The notes beneath the pieces were generated by a model. It searched no databases. It was not told where the DNA came from and worked only from the letters and a program-made list of their open reading frames with translations. DNA of 64,000 nt from Candidatus Woesearchaeota archaeon (GTDB taxonomy: Archaea > Nanobdellota > Nanobdellia > Woesearchaeales > GCA-2685855), in assembly GCA_002685855.1 (NCBI GenBank), contig NYYS01000018.1, positions 12,859 through 76,858 on the forward strand, read 5' to 3'. Within the stretch, counting starts at the first letter, position 1. Each line of letters opens with the position of its first letter. Below, one piece after another: positions 9,543 through 18,440 of the stretch. A program made the position numbers and the translations under genes.

Positions 9543-10606
9543 CGATACATTTATATACATCCGCCCCTAGAATTCAGAATGAATATGGGAAGGGGAGTCT
9601 ATATACACTACTGTGTATACTTATTCTAACAACATCATCAATAGCCATATCTGTCGACGACATTGTAAAAATCGGCGAAAAATATGAAACAGGAGCCCTC
9701 ACATTTGCCCAACTCCGCATCGAAGGCAGTCTTCTCAGAGAACAACTCCAGGAAGAACTCGGAGAAGGATTCGAAGTCACCTACAAAGACCTTGGCCGAG
9801 GAAAAGATAGAGAAAGGGCCAAAGAAGGAGGACAAGGCCAAGGTGAAGGAGACAGCACAGGAAAAGGAGGAGACGAATTTGGTGATGAACCCGAAGAACC
9901 CGAAGGAGGATTAACAGGCGCTCTAAGTTGGCTAACAGGATTAGTAACAGGGGAAGAGGATCATGAAGGTGATGACAACCGTGATGATGATCGTGATGGT
10001 GATCATGGTGATGATAGAGACAAAGATGACAGGGATAAAGATAGTAGAGACAAAGACCATGAAGGCGACAAAGATAAAGATGATCAAGACTATGAAGACT
10101 TCGAAGAACATCGCTGCACACCCGAAACATGCAACCAACCCAACCAATTCTGTGATGAAGAAAAAGGATGGTGCGAATGCGAAAAAGGCTGATATGAATG
10201 TGATGGAGACTGGGATAACGGATGTGAAGCAGAAGAAGAATGCTATGGCTGCGAATCTGACGATGACTGTGCACAATCACGCTGCTCAGAGTGGGGAAAC
10301 ACCCTCATCACATTTGGCTGCATCACAGAGGAAGAATGGGAACACGAATCAGGTGCCATCGCCTTTGTAGGCGGATGCAACGAACACCCCACAGGAAAAA
10401 CAGACAGCTACATCCACTTCGAGGTCTGGGGAGAACAGTTCGATGAAATAAATAAACTCCGCGACTTCAAAGGAGAATTCCAGGACGACTGGTGCACCTA
10501 TGATCTTGAACAAGCACTCATCCAGAGAGAAGAATTCGAAAAATCACTTAACGACGAATTCCTCCAATGGTACAGCTCAAAAGTAAAAAAGAACACCATA
10601 AGCTAA
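9485..10606 (+). pseudogene. acidic low-complexity, Cys-rich secreted-type protein whose frame continues 138 codons past an in-frame TGA (10190-10192); pseudogene or recoding candidate
   Basis: Frame stays open from the TGA to TAA at 10604-10606, with no in-frame ATG/GTG/TTG in the downstream part. The Cys-rich pattern continues across the stop ('CECEKG*YECDGDWDNGCEAEEECYGCESDDDC'). Real start uncertain because the annotated ATG overlaps the upstream gene by 58 nt. Confidence 0.4.
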
Positions 10607-10627
10607 TTCCGTCACTATGTTGGTGGC

Positions 10628-11371
10628 ATGTTCGGACTCTACCGTGACATTGTAGACAATGCACGAAGAATAAACGATGCACAACGCTGCCTCAAGGACA
10701 ACAACATGCCTAATGTAGAACTTCTCTCACTCGAAGGCGACTATGAATTCGGCCAGATAAAACTTTGGGAAGAAGAATCAACAAGAGAAGGCTACCCCAT
10801 TGTAAGCACCTACATGCAACTCTTTATCTTCCCACCCCAGGAAGTCATGAAAGAAGAACTTCTTCAGGCAGGAAAAGAACAACGCATGCCCGGACCCGAC
10901 AAAAGAAAAACCGAAGGACCCTCTGCAAGAGAAGTAGCAGAAATAAAAAGCAACAACCAAGGATACGACATCATAAAAGATATCTCAGAAGACTTTGGAG
11001 GAAAAGCCATATTCCAGGTTGACATAGTAGATGACGGTGAATCCTTCTACTCACTCGGCTTCCAGATAGACCATGAAATCATCGCACGTGCATCCCACAT
11101 CTCCCTGGTTGATGAAGAAGCCGACGTATATGTAGAAGTAGACCTTGACTTCTTCTACGACATTGTATCCGCAGCAGAAAGCCACCCTGAACTCGAATTC
11201 CCTGAATGGGAAAAAAGACCCTTAAACGATGTTGTAAAAACCTCTGTGTCAGCAGTAAAAATAGGAAGCACCATCACCTCAGGAATTGCAACAGGAAAAA
11301 TCAAGGTAAAACCCATCACAGCCATCCCAAAAGTCATGAAAATAGTCAAACTCATGGCATCCAAGTCATAA
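10628..11371 (+). CDS. hypothetical acidic protein, same frame as the preceding interrupted ORF
   Basis: 247-aa ORF with native composition and no recognisable motif. Separated from the upstream ORF only by TAA and 21 stop-free nt. Confidence 0.45.
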   Translation: MFGLYRDIVDNARRINDAQRCLKDNNMPNVELLSLEGDYEFGQIKLWEEESTREGYPIVSTYMQLFIFPPQEVMKEELLQAGKEQRMPGPDKRKTEGPSAREVAEIKSNNQGYDIIKDISEDFGGKAIFQVDIVDDGESFYSLGFQIDHEIIARASHISLVDEEADVYVEVDLDFFYDIVSAAESHPELEFPEWEKRPLNDVVKTSVSAVKIGSTITSGIATGKIKVKPITAIPKVMKIVKLMASKS

Positions 11372-11407
11372 GAAAACATTTTTAAAGATCAACCACTCCA
11401 TCTCACA

Positions 11408-11794
11408 ATGAAAATCGTCCTTATCTTTGTCCTCATCGCAACCGTTCTTCTCGGCCTTCTTGCCTATATCACAAGCAATGTCATCCCAACAGCAAGTGTT
11501 GTCCAACAGCAGGAATCTAACTTCGCACCCATCGTAGGAGCATTCCCAACCATCCACCTCTCCTCACAACAAGGAAGAATGATCGACCTCAAAAAATACG
11601 TCCATGACCCTGAAGGAGACCCTCTTTCTGTAGCATTCAGCCAAAGCCCCAACCTCAACCTCGTCCTCCTCAACGATGGAAACCTTGTCCTCGACCCCGT
11701 ATTGGACTTTGAAGGAGAAACAAGCTTTGCCATCATCGTCTCAGACGGAACCTATGAAGCAATCTCAGACCCCATACAGGTCATCGTCAAATAA
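11408..11794 (+). CDS. small secreted/membrane-anchored protein with Ig-like (cadherin-like) beta-rich domain
   Basis: N-terminal hydrophobic helix 'IVLIFVLIATVLLGLLAYI'. Beta-rich 'DPEGDPLSVAF...VLDFEGETSFAIIVSDGT' resembles Ig-like adhesion folds. Confidence 0.45.
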   Translation: MKIVLIFVLIATVLLGLLAYITSNVIPTASVVQQQESNFAPIVGAFPTIHLSSQQGRMIDLKKYVHDPEGDPLSVAFSQSPNLNLVLLNDGNLVLDPVLDFEGETSFAIIVSDGTYEAISDPIQVIVK

Positions 11795-12151
11795 TCAGAA
11801 TTCTAACTGCTTGCACTGAACAAACTCCTTCCCTGTATGCAAAGCAACAAAGGCCTTCTCAACCTCCAACCCAAGATAGGCAGCATGATCCAGATTCGAA
11901 ATAACCCCTTCCTTAAGAATAGCATAATACAACTCCTCCGGATCCTTTCCTCGAATCTCCTTCACCAACCGATGATCCGGTGTACAAATACCCACACGAA
12001 TCACCTTATTCTCCCGATCCAGCTTAAACAATAAATACCCAGCAGGATCCTGAATCCACCGCTTATCCTTACCAGAAGCCTCAACAACAGGAATACCTTC
12101 CTCCTCTACAATCTGCTCAAACCCATCAAGCTTGCGTAACTTCTTCGTCAT
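11795..12151 (-). CDS. conserved hypothetical protein (118 aa)
   Basis: Clean ORF with G-rich coding strand like other minus-strand native genes. No motif assigned. Confidence 0.4.
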   Translation of the reverse strand: MTKKLRKLDGFEQIVEEEGIPVVEASGKDKRWIQDPAGYLLFKLDRENKVIRVGICTPDHRLVKEIRGKDPEELYYAILKEGVISNLDHAAYLGLEVEKAFVALHTGKEFVQCKQLEF

Positions 12152-12293
12152 CTTATAAAGGAGTCCCGCACCATTTTTAAAGGTTTCAGGGACAGGCGAA
12201 TAGAAGAATTATTTTCTATACTGAAATTAAGTTGAAAGGCACTTTCTGCCCTGCGAGCCCCTTGCAGGGTCTCGGGAAACCACAATATCTGAA

Positions 12294-12995
12294 TCACCGC
12301 TTCAAATAAAACTGCCTCTTCTCCTCCTCAAACTTCTCAATCGCATACCGCAACATCGTCCGCGGCATATTTGTTGAATGCTTCATCAAAAACTCCTCCA
12401 ACACAGTCTCATCCTTTTTCCCCACCTCACGCAACACCCACCCCACCGCCTTATGAATAAGATCATGCTCATCCTTCAAAAGAAGCTCCGCAAGCAACAA
12501 CGCATCAGAAAAATCACCATCAGGAATATACGCAAACGTACTAATAATAGAAATCCTCCGCTCCCACAACACCGAAGAATGCGCAAGCTCATACAAAAAC
12601 TCCCGATCCCGATCCTTCAAAAACGCCCCCACAATCTTATGTGCGGAACAATCAACAAGATCCCAATTATTAACACAATCAAAATTCCTCACATACAAAT
12701 CAAACACACTCCTCCTAACAGCATCATCCCCCTTAGCAAATTTCAAACACAGAATAAACGCAGCAGTCAACCGCTCCTCATGAACCCCACTTTTTAATAA
12801 AATTTCAACATCCCCCAACGAAATATCCCAATACTTTTTCGAAAGCCTCCGCTGAACAGGAACACGCACACCAATAAAAATGTCGCCTTCACCATACTCC
12901 CCCTTCCCCGTCTTAAAAAAACGCGCATAATTCCTCGCATCCTCCACACTACTCGCAGCCCTCAACTCAGAACGAATCTCTTCAACACCCATCAT
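12294..12995 (-). CDS. DNA alkylation repair enzyme (AlkD/AlkC-like HEAT-repeat glycosylase family)
   Basis: Family-typical repeats 'WDLVDCSAHKIVG', 'WERRISIIS', 'HDLIHKAVGWVLRE'; ~230 aa. ATGA-type overlap with the upstream radical SAM gene. Confidence 0.6.
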   Translation of the reverse strand: MMGVEEIRSELRAASSVEDARNYARFFKTGKGEYGEGDIFIGVRVPVQRRLSKKYWDISLGDVEILLKSGVHEERLTAAFILCLKFAKGDDAVRRSVFDLYVRNFDCVNNWDLVDCSAHKIVGAFLKDRDREFLYELAHSSVLWERRISIISTFAYIPDGDFSDALLLAELLLKDEHDLIHKAVGWVLREVGKKDETVLEEFLMKHSTNMPRTMLRYAIEKFEEEKRQFYLKR

Positions 12996-14014
12996 CCATC
13001 AAGATGCTCTTCAGAAAACGCAACAGCATCCCTCACCTCCTCAGACTCTGAATCCTGAACACCCTCCCCCTTTAAATGTAAGGAAGAAAAATCAATCTTC
13101 CTCATTGTAAAATCTTTTTTCATCAACAACACCACACGCGACTCCTCCTGCTCATCCACAATCTTCCAACCACTCACCTCAGCAATTCTCTCAGAAAACT
13201 CCTTCACCTCATAATGATACGGCATCATCTCCATCTTCAACCGCTGACGCGAACTTCCTATAAACATATACGCCTTCACCTCAACAAAATGCGGATCCCC
13301 CCGATCCAGAATCTCTGCATACCTCTCCGGCTCCACATCATTCAACCCCTTAATCAACGTAATCCGCACAGCCGTCCGCATCTCCTTCTTACGATCCTTC
13401 AACACATCCATACTCTCCATCAACCGACTCCACCCATCCTTCCGCATCGGCTGATCAATCTTCTTATACAGCTCCTCATTCGGAGCATCCAACGACAGAT
13501 AAAACTGCGTAGGCGCCTCCAACTTCCTCAACACAACAGGTAGCTGCCCATTCGAAACAACAAACGTAGAAAAACCATTCTTGTGATACTCCCTAATCAA
13601 CGCAGACAACTTCGGATAATACAACGGCTCCCCATTCAACGAAATAGCCACATGCTTTGGAGTTTTAGACTCCTTGTATAACGCCATATCCACCTTCTCA
13701 TTCCCAGGAAACCCATTCAACAACACATTCTGCGCCCCCACACTCTCAGGAACAATCGCTTTAGGATCATCCGGCACTCCAAAACTACTATTATTACGAG
13801 AACGCCAACAAAAAATACAATCATGATCACAAAAATTCGTAGCAGGCGTCATCTGAACACACTGATGACTCTTAATCCCATAAAACCGCTGCTTATAACA
13901 CGTTCCACAACCCGTCAAAGCCTTCTTCGTCCACCCACAGATCTTTACAGAAGTATGCTCCCCTGCAAACCGATACCCCTGGTTCTCAAGCTGTTTCTTG
14001 TATTCTGGATCCAT
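12992..14014 (-). CDS. taw1: 4-demethylwyosine synthase Taw1/TYW1 (radical SAM, wyosine biosynthesis)
   Basis: 'CYKQRFYGIKSHQCVQMTP...NFCDHDCIFCWRS' matches the TYW1 auxiliary-cluster region plus the CxxxCxxC-W radical SAM motif. Archaea/eukaryote-specific enzyme. Confidence 0.75.
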   Translation of the reverse strand: MDPEYKKQLENQGYRFAGEHTSVKICGWTKKALTGCGTCYKQRFYGIKSHQCVQMTPATNFCDHDCIFCWRSRNNSSFGVPDDPKAIVPESVGAQNVLLNGFPGNEKVDMALYKESKTPKHVAISLNGEPLYYPKLSALIREYHKNGFSTFVVSNGQLPVVLRKLEAPTQFYLSLDAPNEELYKKIDQPMRKDGWSRLMESMDVLKDRKKEMRTAVRITLIKGLNDVEPERYAEILDRGDPHFVEVKAYMFIGSSRQRLKMEMMPYHYEVKEFSERIAEVSGWKIVDEQEESRVVLLMKKDFTMRKIDFSSLHLKGEGVQDSESEEVRDAVAFSEEHLDG

Positions 14015-14061
14015 AAACAGAGAAATCAGAAGTTCTTTTTAAAGCTACTGGGGGGGAACGG

Positions 14062-14271
14062 TTAATTCAATAAGGGATTCTGATGATAGATTCTTGTTAC
14101 ACGATGAATCCTCATTAACTCATCATAGGTGTGCTTTCGAATTATATAATCTGTAAAACCTTTCAAAAGGAAATCGACTGCAGCTTTTTCCTTAGATCGA
14201 GGCTTCTCAGCTTTTTCAGCCAAATAACTCTCTGGATCTGCCATAATGTCAACAACATCACGAACATCCAT
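14062..14271 (-). CDS. small hypothetical protein (69 aa) in the AT-rich island
   Basis: ORF only. A 48-codon Cys-rich ORF (MKKEQTKKICCSEMAAQLKHQCDLHKNIFDCPDNIVC) lies just upstream at ~14322-14465. Confidence 0.25.
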   Translation of the reverse strand: MDVRDVVDIMADPESYLAEKAEKPRSKEKAAVDFLLKGFTDYIIRKHTYDELMRIHRVTRIYHQNPLLN

Positions 14272-14468
14272 AGATCTGTCAACAAACTCACGTTCCGGCC
14301 GCTCCTCAAAATGATCTCCTAATCCTGCCTGATCCCAAACATATCTCCTTTAAAACAAACAATGTTGTCAGGACAATCAAATATGTTTTTATGGAGATCA
14401 CACTGATGTTTAAGCTGAGCAGCCATCTCTGAACAGCAAATCTTTTTTGTTTGTTCTTTTTTCATTTT

Positions 14469-14876
14469 TTATCCAATAACCCAAACTACATCTCTAATAA
14501 AGTAGAACCATTTCTTACCTTCAAAAAGATCTTCTTTAAACAAAGGTATATGTTTGTACTCTTCGTATTCTAGTTCTTCTTCAGTGCATCCCATTAAATC
14601 GTAATAGTTATTAATAGATAAATTAACACCCTTAAGAGCGTCTTTAAATTTAAAAGGTTCGACGGTTTTCGCCTCCATAAATGTCTTATCGTAAAAGTCT
14701 TTAAAATCGTCGATAGCCACAACCACCTGCGAATCTTTGAAATGCTTATTAAACACCCAGATTTTTAGATAATACTCTTCTCTGAATGAATCAAGTTTCT
14801 TCTTCCAGCTCAAATAAATATCTACAAGCTTCTTTTTCCAGCTGATTTCCATCCAATATGCGGATTTATAGGGCAT
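14469..14876 (-). CDS. hypothetical protein (135 aa); candidate immunity/accessory gene downstream of the RHS-RNase toxin
   Basis: AT-rich, Lys/Glu-rich, same strand and tightly spaced after the toxin and the 343-aa ORF. No detectable barstar-like motif. Confidence 0.4.
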   Translation of the reverse strand: MPYKSAYWMEISWKKKLVDIYLSWKKKLDSFREEYYLKIWVFNKHFKDSQVVVAIDDFKDFYDKTFMEAKTVEPFKFKDALKGVNLSINNYYDLMGCTEEELEYEEYKHIPLFKEDLFEGKKWFYFIRDVVWVIG

Positions 14877-14953
14877 TTTTCTTCAGGAAGAATGTGGCCG
14901 TAGTCAATATGAACTCGAGCACTTGCCTGTACACCATGACCTCTAGATTCTTT

Positions 14954-15985
14954 TCACTTCTTTAAGTTCTCCTTGTGTTCAAGATATTTTAAAAGTTCAA
15001 CCTCTTTTTTTGTTATTTTTTCAATATTTTTTTGTACAATCTTGCTTTCGGCAAATTCTTTTAATGTTGTTTTTAAAAAAACTTTATCGCGAGCTCTGAC
15101 AGAAAATCCTTTTTTTAGTAAGAGTATTGAACAAAGTTTGTTTTTTAAATTGTTCGCTTCTTTAAAAACGTGTTTTGATTTTAAATCCTTGTTTCCATTC
15201 ATGTTTGAGTCTTTTTTCAATAGGCTTATGGATCCTCCTTTAATTGATTTTAACTCCGAATAAATATTGATTAATTCATCGTCGGGAACTTTGAAATATT
15301 TCCGCGGATGTTCCTTCATTTTTTTTGTTAAATATCCTTCTTTTGCATTTTTCCTGAAATAAAAACTCAAATATGTTTCTCCATCAACGTAGTGTTTTTT
15401 TACCAATTGTAGGAGTTGTAATAGCTTTTTGGTTTTTTTTCTTTTATAAGGAATTAAAATTTCATTATGGATCGTGTGTTGCGAATATAATTTTTGTCGA
15501 AGATGTCTTTTCAAAGTTTCATTAATAAATAATTTGTTTTGTGTATTAATTATTTTTGTGAGATCTTTTTTCAGAGGAGTACAGTCATCTAAAAAAACCA
15601 AGATAAAAGCACATTTTCCATCAATCTTGCTGCACAAAACTCCTTTTACTAGGCAATTAATAAATGCGAGATAATTTTCTTTCCCTAATACATCATAAAA
15701 TTTTTTTAGAGAATTAATAAAAATTAATCTTTCTTGCTTTTTCATCCATGTTGGATATGCAATCATATCAAAAAAAACATACCATCTGTAACTAAAGTCT
15801 TTTCTTTTATATTTTGTTTTTCTAACATATAGATCTATAAGATCCTTTAAAGATTTTTCTTTATCACTTTCAAACACAATTTTTTTGTAACCTTTAAACA
15901 GTACTGAAATTTTTTTAAAATCATCTCTATTATTAATGAAATAAAATGTGCTATTTAATTTATAATCCTCAAGTAGCTTTTCCAT
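14954..15985 (-). CDS. Lys-rich hypothetical protein (343 aa) immediately downstream of the toxin gene
   Basis: Starts 19 nt after the toxin stop. Strongly AT-rich codon usage unlike native genes. No known motif. Confidence 0.5.
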   Translation of the reverse strand: MEKLLEDYKLNSTFYFINNRDDFKKISVLFKGYKKIVFESDKEKSLKDLIDLYVRKTKYKRKDFSYRWYVFFDMIAYPTWMKKQERLIFINSLKKFYDVLGKENYLAFINCLVKGVLCSKIDGKCAFILVFLDDCTPLKKDLTKIINTQNKLFINETLKRHLRQKLYSQHTIHNEILIPYKRKKTKKLLQLLQLVKKHYVDGETYLSFYFRKNAKEGYLTKKMKEHPRKYFKVPDDELINIYSELKSIKGGSISLLKKDSNMNGNKDLKSKHVFKEANNLKNKLCSILLLKKGFSVRARDKVFLKTTLKEFAESKIVQKNIEKITKKEVELLKYLEHKENLKK

Positions 15986-16003
15986 TTTTATCCCTCTTTT
16001 TTA

Positions 16004-17215
16004 TCATTCAAGTATTATTCTTTTAACTGTTTTTTCATTATGATGATTTTTGTTCCAATACCAATCACCTTCTTTTGACAAATAGAATCTTTGTCCTGTA
16101 TCCTTTCCCGAGTTGTCGAATACCCTAAACTCTGAGTAAAAATCAGGATCTGAATTATAAGGTAAAGGACCTCCCTTTTTTGATGTATCAGTAAAGGTAT
16201 TATCAAAGCGTTTACTACCTATTAATTCTTTTCCTTCTTTGTAGTTTTCTTCTAAAATATTAAGTTGGTCACTAACACGTGGTGGAAGATTTGATTGTTT
16301 AATGGGATTTATCTTATTTCCGATCATCCCGAACTGGCTCCCATCATCAGCAATTCTGGCACTACTTGCTTCATCCGTACGCTTAAAAAAATCACCAGCT
16401 GCTTCTAAGGCCTCATCGCTATATTCTATTGCTTCATCAGCCAATGCGGCGGCCTCATCAGCATACCTCGCCTTATTCGCAATAGAACCAGGAAGAATGG
16501 CTGTAAGCAGCCAAAACGCGTTCTCAGCAGAAGGCTCTTTAGCAAAAGAATATACATCCCAAGCATCAGAAGCAACCTCCAACAAACCCAAAGCCACAGC
16601 AACAACCGCCCAATTCCCTGTCGGATCAACATACTTCACAGGATTATTTCTTACATAGCTGTACCTGTTCAGCTGTTGTGGGTCGTAGGGATCTGGTAGC
16701 AGGGGATCTGGGGATACGAAGATTCCTGTTTTTGGGTTGTAGTGGCGTGCTTCATAGTACATTAATCCTGAACTGTCTTGTTCTTTTCCTGTGAAGCCGT
16801 AGCGTTCTTCTCCTCCTGTTAATACTGATCCGAAGGGAAGATGTTCTGTTTCTTCTACAACTTCTCCTTCTGCATCCGTAACCACCTGTGGGCTTCCCAG
16901 ATGATCTGTATGAATGTAAAACATTCCGGAATCGTTCTTTTTTGCGACCAAACCTGTTGAATCCCGATAATAGATCATTTCCTCTACTGTTCCATCAGGA
17001 AGAACAACCTTAACATAATCATCAACATAATAGGTAGTAGTATTTGTTCCATCCTTATGGAACTCAATCTTTCTCACCCTCGTACCTGTATGATCATACG
17101 TGTTCTTAACAGTTAATCTATCCCCATCCTCCTCATCATAGCTAAAAGCAGAGGTAAAACTCGTTATGATGAGAAATACTAAGAACAGCGATATGATTCT
17201 ATTTGGCTTCATCAA
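16004..17215 (-). CDS. secreted mini-RHS polymorphic toxin: signal peptide + YD/RHS repeat-associated core + C-terminal barnase-like (N1/T1/Sa family) ribonuclease domain
   Basis: Signal peptide 'MMKPNRIISLFLVFLIITSFTSA'. RHS core 'FYIHTDHLGSPQVVTD...PFGS...YGFTGKEQD...YYEARHYNPKTGIFVSPDP...DPTGNW'. C-terminus 'RFDNTF...GGPLP...YSEFRVFDNSGKDTGQRFYLSKEGDWYWNKNHH' aligns with barnase catalytic Glu/Arg/His. Confidence 0.75.
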   Translation of the reverse strand: MMKPNRIISLFLVFLIITSFTSAFSYDEEDGDRLTVKNTYDHTGTRVRKIEFHKDGTNTTTYYVDDYVKVVLPDGTVEEMIYYRDSTGLVAKKNDSGMFYIHTDHLGSPQVVTDAEGEVVEETEHLPFGSVLTGGEERYGFTGKEQDSSGLMYYEARHYNPKTGIFVSPDPLLPDPYDPQQLNRYSYVRNNPVKYVDPTGNWAVVAVALGLLEVASDAWDVYSFAKEPSAENAFWLLTAILPGSIANKARYADEAAALADEAIEYSDEALEAAGDFFKRTDEASSARIADDGSQFGMIGNKINPIKQSNLPPRVSDQLNILEENYKEGKELIGSKRFDNTFTDTSKKGGPLPYNSDPDFYSEFRVFDNSGKDTGQRFYLSKEGDWYWNKNHHNEKTVKRIILE

Positions 17216-17244
17216 GATCCCCCCTTCACAAAAGGATGTTTCTT

Positions 17245-17259
17245 GAAATATTTAAATAT
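17245..17259. promoter_or_regulatory. 15-bp palindromic site GAAATATTTAAATAT, copy 1 of 2 in the divergent toxin promoter region
   Basis: Identical 15-mer recurs at 17351-17365, ~106 bp away. The core ATATTTAAATAT is self-complementary. Confidence 0.45.
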
Positions 17260-17350
17260 TCTTCCTGGAATTCCGGATATTTTCCGAAGAGAAGGTACAC
17301 ATATTCCTTGTTTACTTTATAAACGGTTTAATGAATCTTCTTTAAGAAGG

Positions 17351-17365
17351 GAAATATTTAAATAT
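17351..17365. promoter_or_regulatory. 15-bp palindromic site GAAATATTTAAATAT, copy 2
   Basis: Exact repeat of the 17245-17259 site, upstream of the 17410 (+) Cys-rich gene. Confidence 0.45.
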
Positions 17366-17409
17366 CTCTGTTCTCAAAATAGCTTATGTTACGTAGGGGT
17401 TAGCTAGTA

Positions 17410-17793
17410 GTGATACTGCTAGGGTTAGTCTCTGGTGTGGGGGCTATGACGTTCAGTGAAGCCTGTGATAGTGGTGTGGAAAGGGCTTGTAGCTATCTTG
17501 AAGTATGTGGTTTTTCTGATTGCGGACCTGATGGATGTATTCCAAAGGAGAAAGAAGCTGTACAAATAGAACCAGTAACAAAACTCCCAAAGAAGATCTT
17601 TGACTATTCTGCTCCAATAAGATGCACCCAGTTCAATGATTGGGTAACTACAGATGTCTCACATACCTTATGTGACAAATACCCCACAAGCTGTGTCCGC
17701 AAAAGCGATCCCAACTACCACTTCGACCAATACTGTACTAAAGAAGGACTTATTCAGCCCATACACCTTCAAAAAGGAGGAATAAATGAATAA
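17410..17793 (+). CDS. small Cys-rich secreted protein
   Basis: N-terminal hydrophobic segment and 10 Cys in 127 aa. Balanced composition (island). Confidence 0.4.
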   Translation: MILLGLVSGVGAMTFSEACDSGVERACSYLEVCGFSDCGPDGCIPKEKEAVQIEPVTKLPKKIFDYSAPIRCTQFNDWVTTDVSHTLCDKYPTSCVRKSDPNYHFDQYCTKEGLIQPIHLQKGGINE

Positions 17794-18436
17794 GCCAACC
17801 CTCATCCTACATTTCCTCTTTTTCACACTTCTCCTACTACCCATAACCTCAGCAGAAACCTGCGTACAAATCATGGGCGTAGAACACTGCTGCGGAGTTG
17901 ACGATGGCGTATGTCCCATGGACTACGAAGATTCATACGGAGTACGAGTCGGATGCGGAGGAGACCCCGACCCGGATTGTTGTGGAGGACAGAATACGAG
18001 ATGGAGAGAATGCGAGAGAGATATTGAGAAGCCAGATGAAAGTGGAATATTCACCTATAATACATGTGTAACATCAACCTATGATTCAGCATGCTGTGAT
18101 CAGCCAACAGATTGCGTCTATGATGGAAACTGTTACGACACAAGTTCAGCTGCAATAGAACTCTATCCCAATGATGGACGAGAGCAATGTTCAGAAGGAC
18201 AATGGTGTCCGGAAGGGTTTAAATATGATCCTGTGCGTTTATTTTGTAAAAAAGCTCAACAAACATGTCATCCTAATCCTCCAGGTGCTTGTAGATATTT
18301 GCCTTTTACAAAGGAGTGGTATGAAACTCCCTCTTGTTTCTTGCCTCAATCGCCGGTCCATGAACAAACATGCTGTTTCGATTTCAGTCTTGGAGGTCAG
18401 GATTTTTACAATTTTAAAAGAGTGAGAATCGAGTAA
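17786..18436 (+). CDS. Cys-rich secreted protein (216 aa)
   Basis: Signal peptide 'LILHFLFFTLLLLPITSA'. More than 25 Cys including CC/CxxC clusters. Overlaps upstream ORF by 8 nt. Confidence 0.5.
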   Translation: MNKPTLILHFLFFTLLLLPITSAETCVQIMGVEHCCGVDDGVCPMDYEDSYGVRVGCGGDPDPDCCGGQNTRWRECERDIEKPDESGIFTYNTCVTSTYDSACCDQPTDCVYDGNCYDTSSAAIELYPNDGREQCSEGQWCPEGFKYDPVRLFCKKAQQTCHPNPPGACRYLPFTKEWYETPSCFLPQSPVHEQTCCFDFSLGGQDFYNFKRVRIE

Positions 18437-18440
18437 AAAT

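Noticed and set aside
10190-10192. Selenocysteine at the in-frame TGA of the Cys-rich protein
   Set aside because: Attractive because Sec replaces Cys in Cys-rich motifs, but no SECIS-like hairpin is obvious downstream. Sec machinery is not expected in DPANN-like archaea. TGA is used as an ordinary stop by neighbouring genes. Kept only as a low-probability alternative inside the finding.
14469-14876. Barstar-like immunity assignment for the 135-aa ORF downstream of the barnase-like toxin
   Set aside because: A weak 'NNYYDLMGC' resemblance to barstar's YYGENLDALWDCL is not in the right order or context. There is insufficient evidence, so it is reported only as an unclassified candidate.
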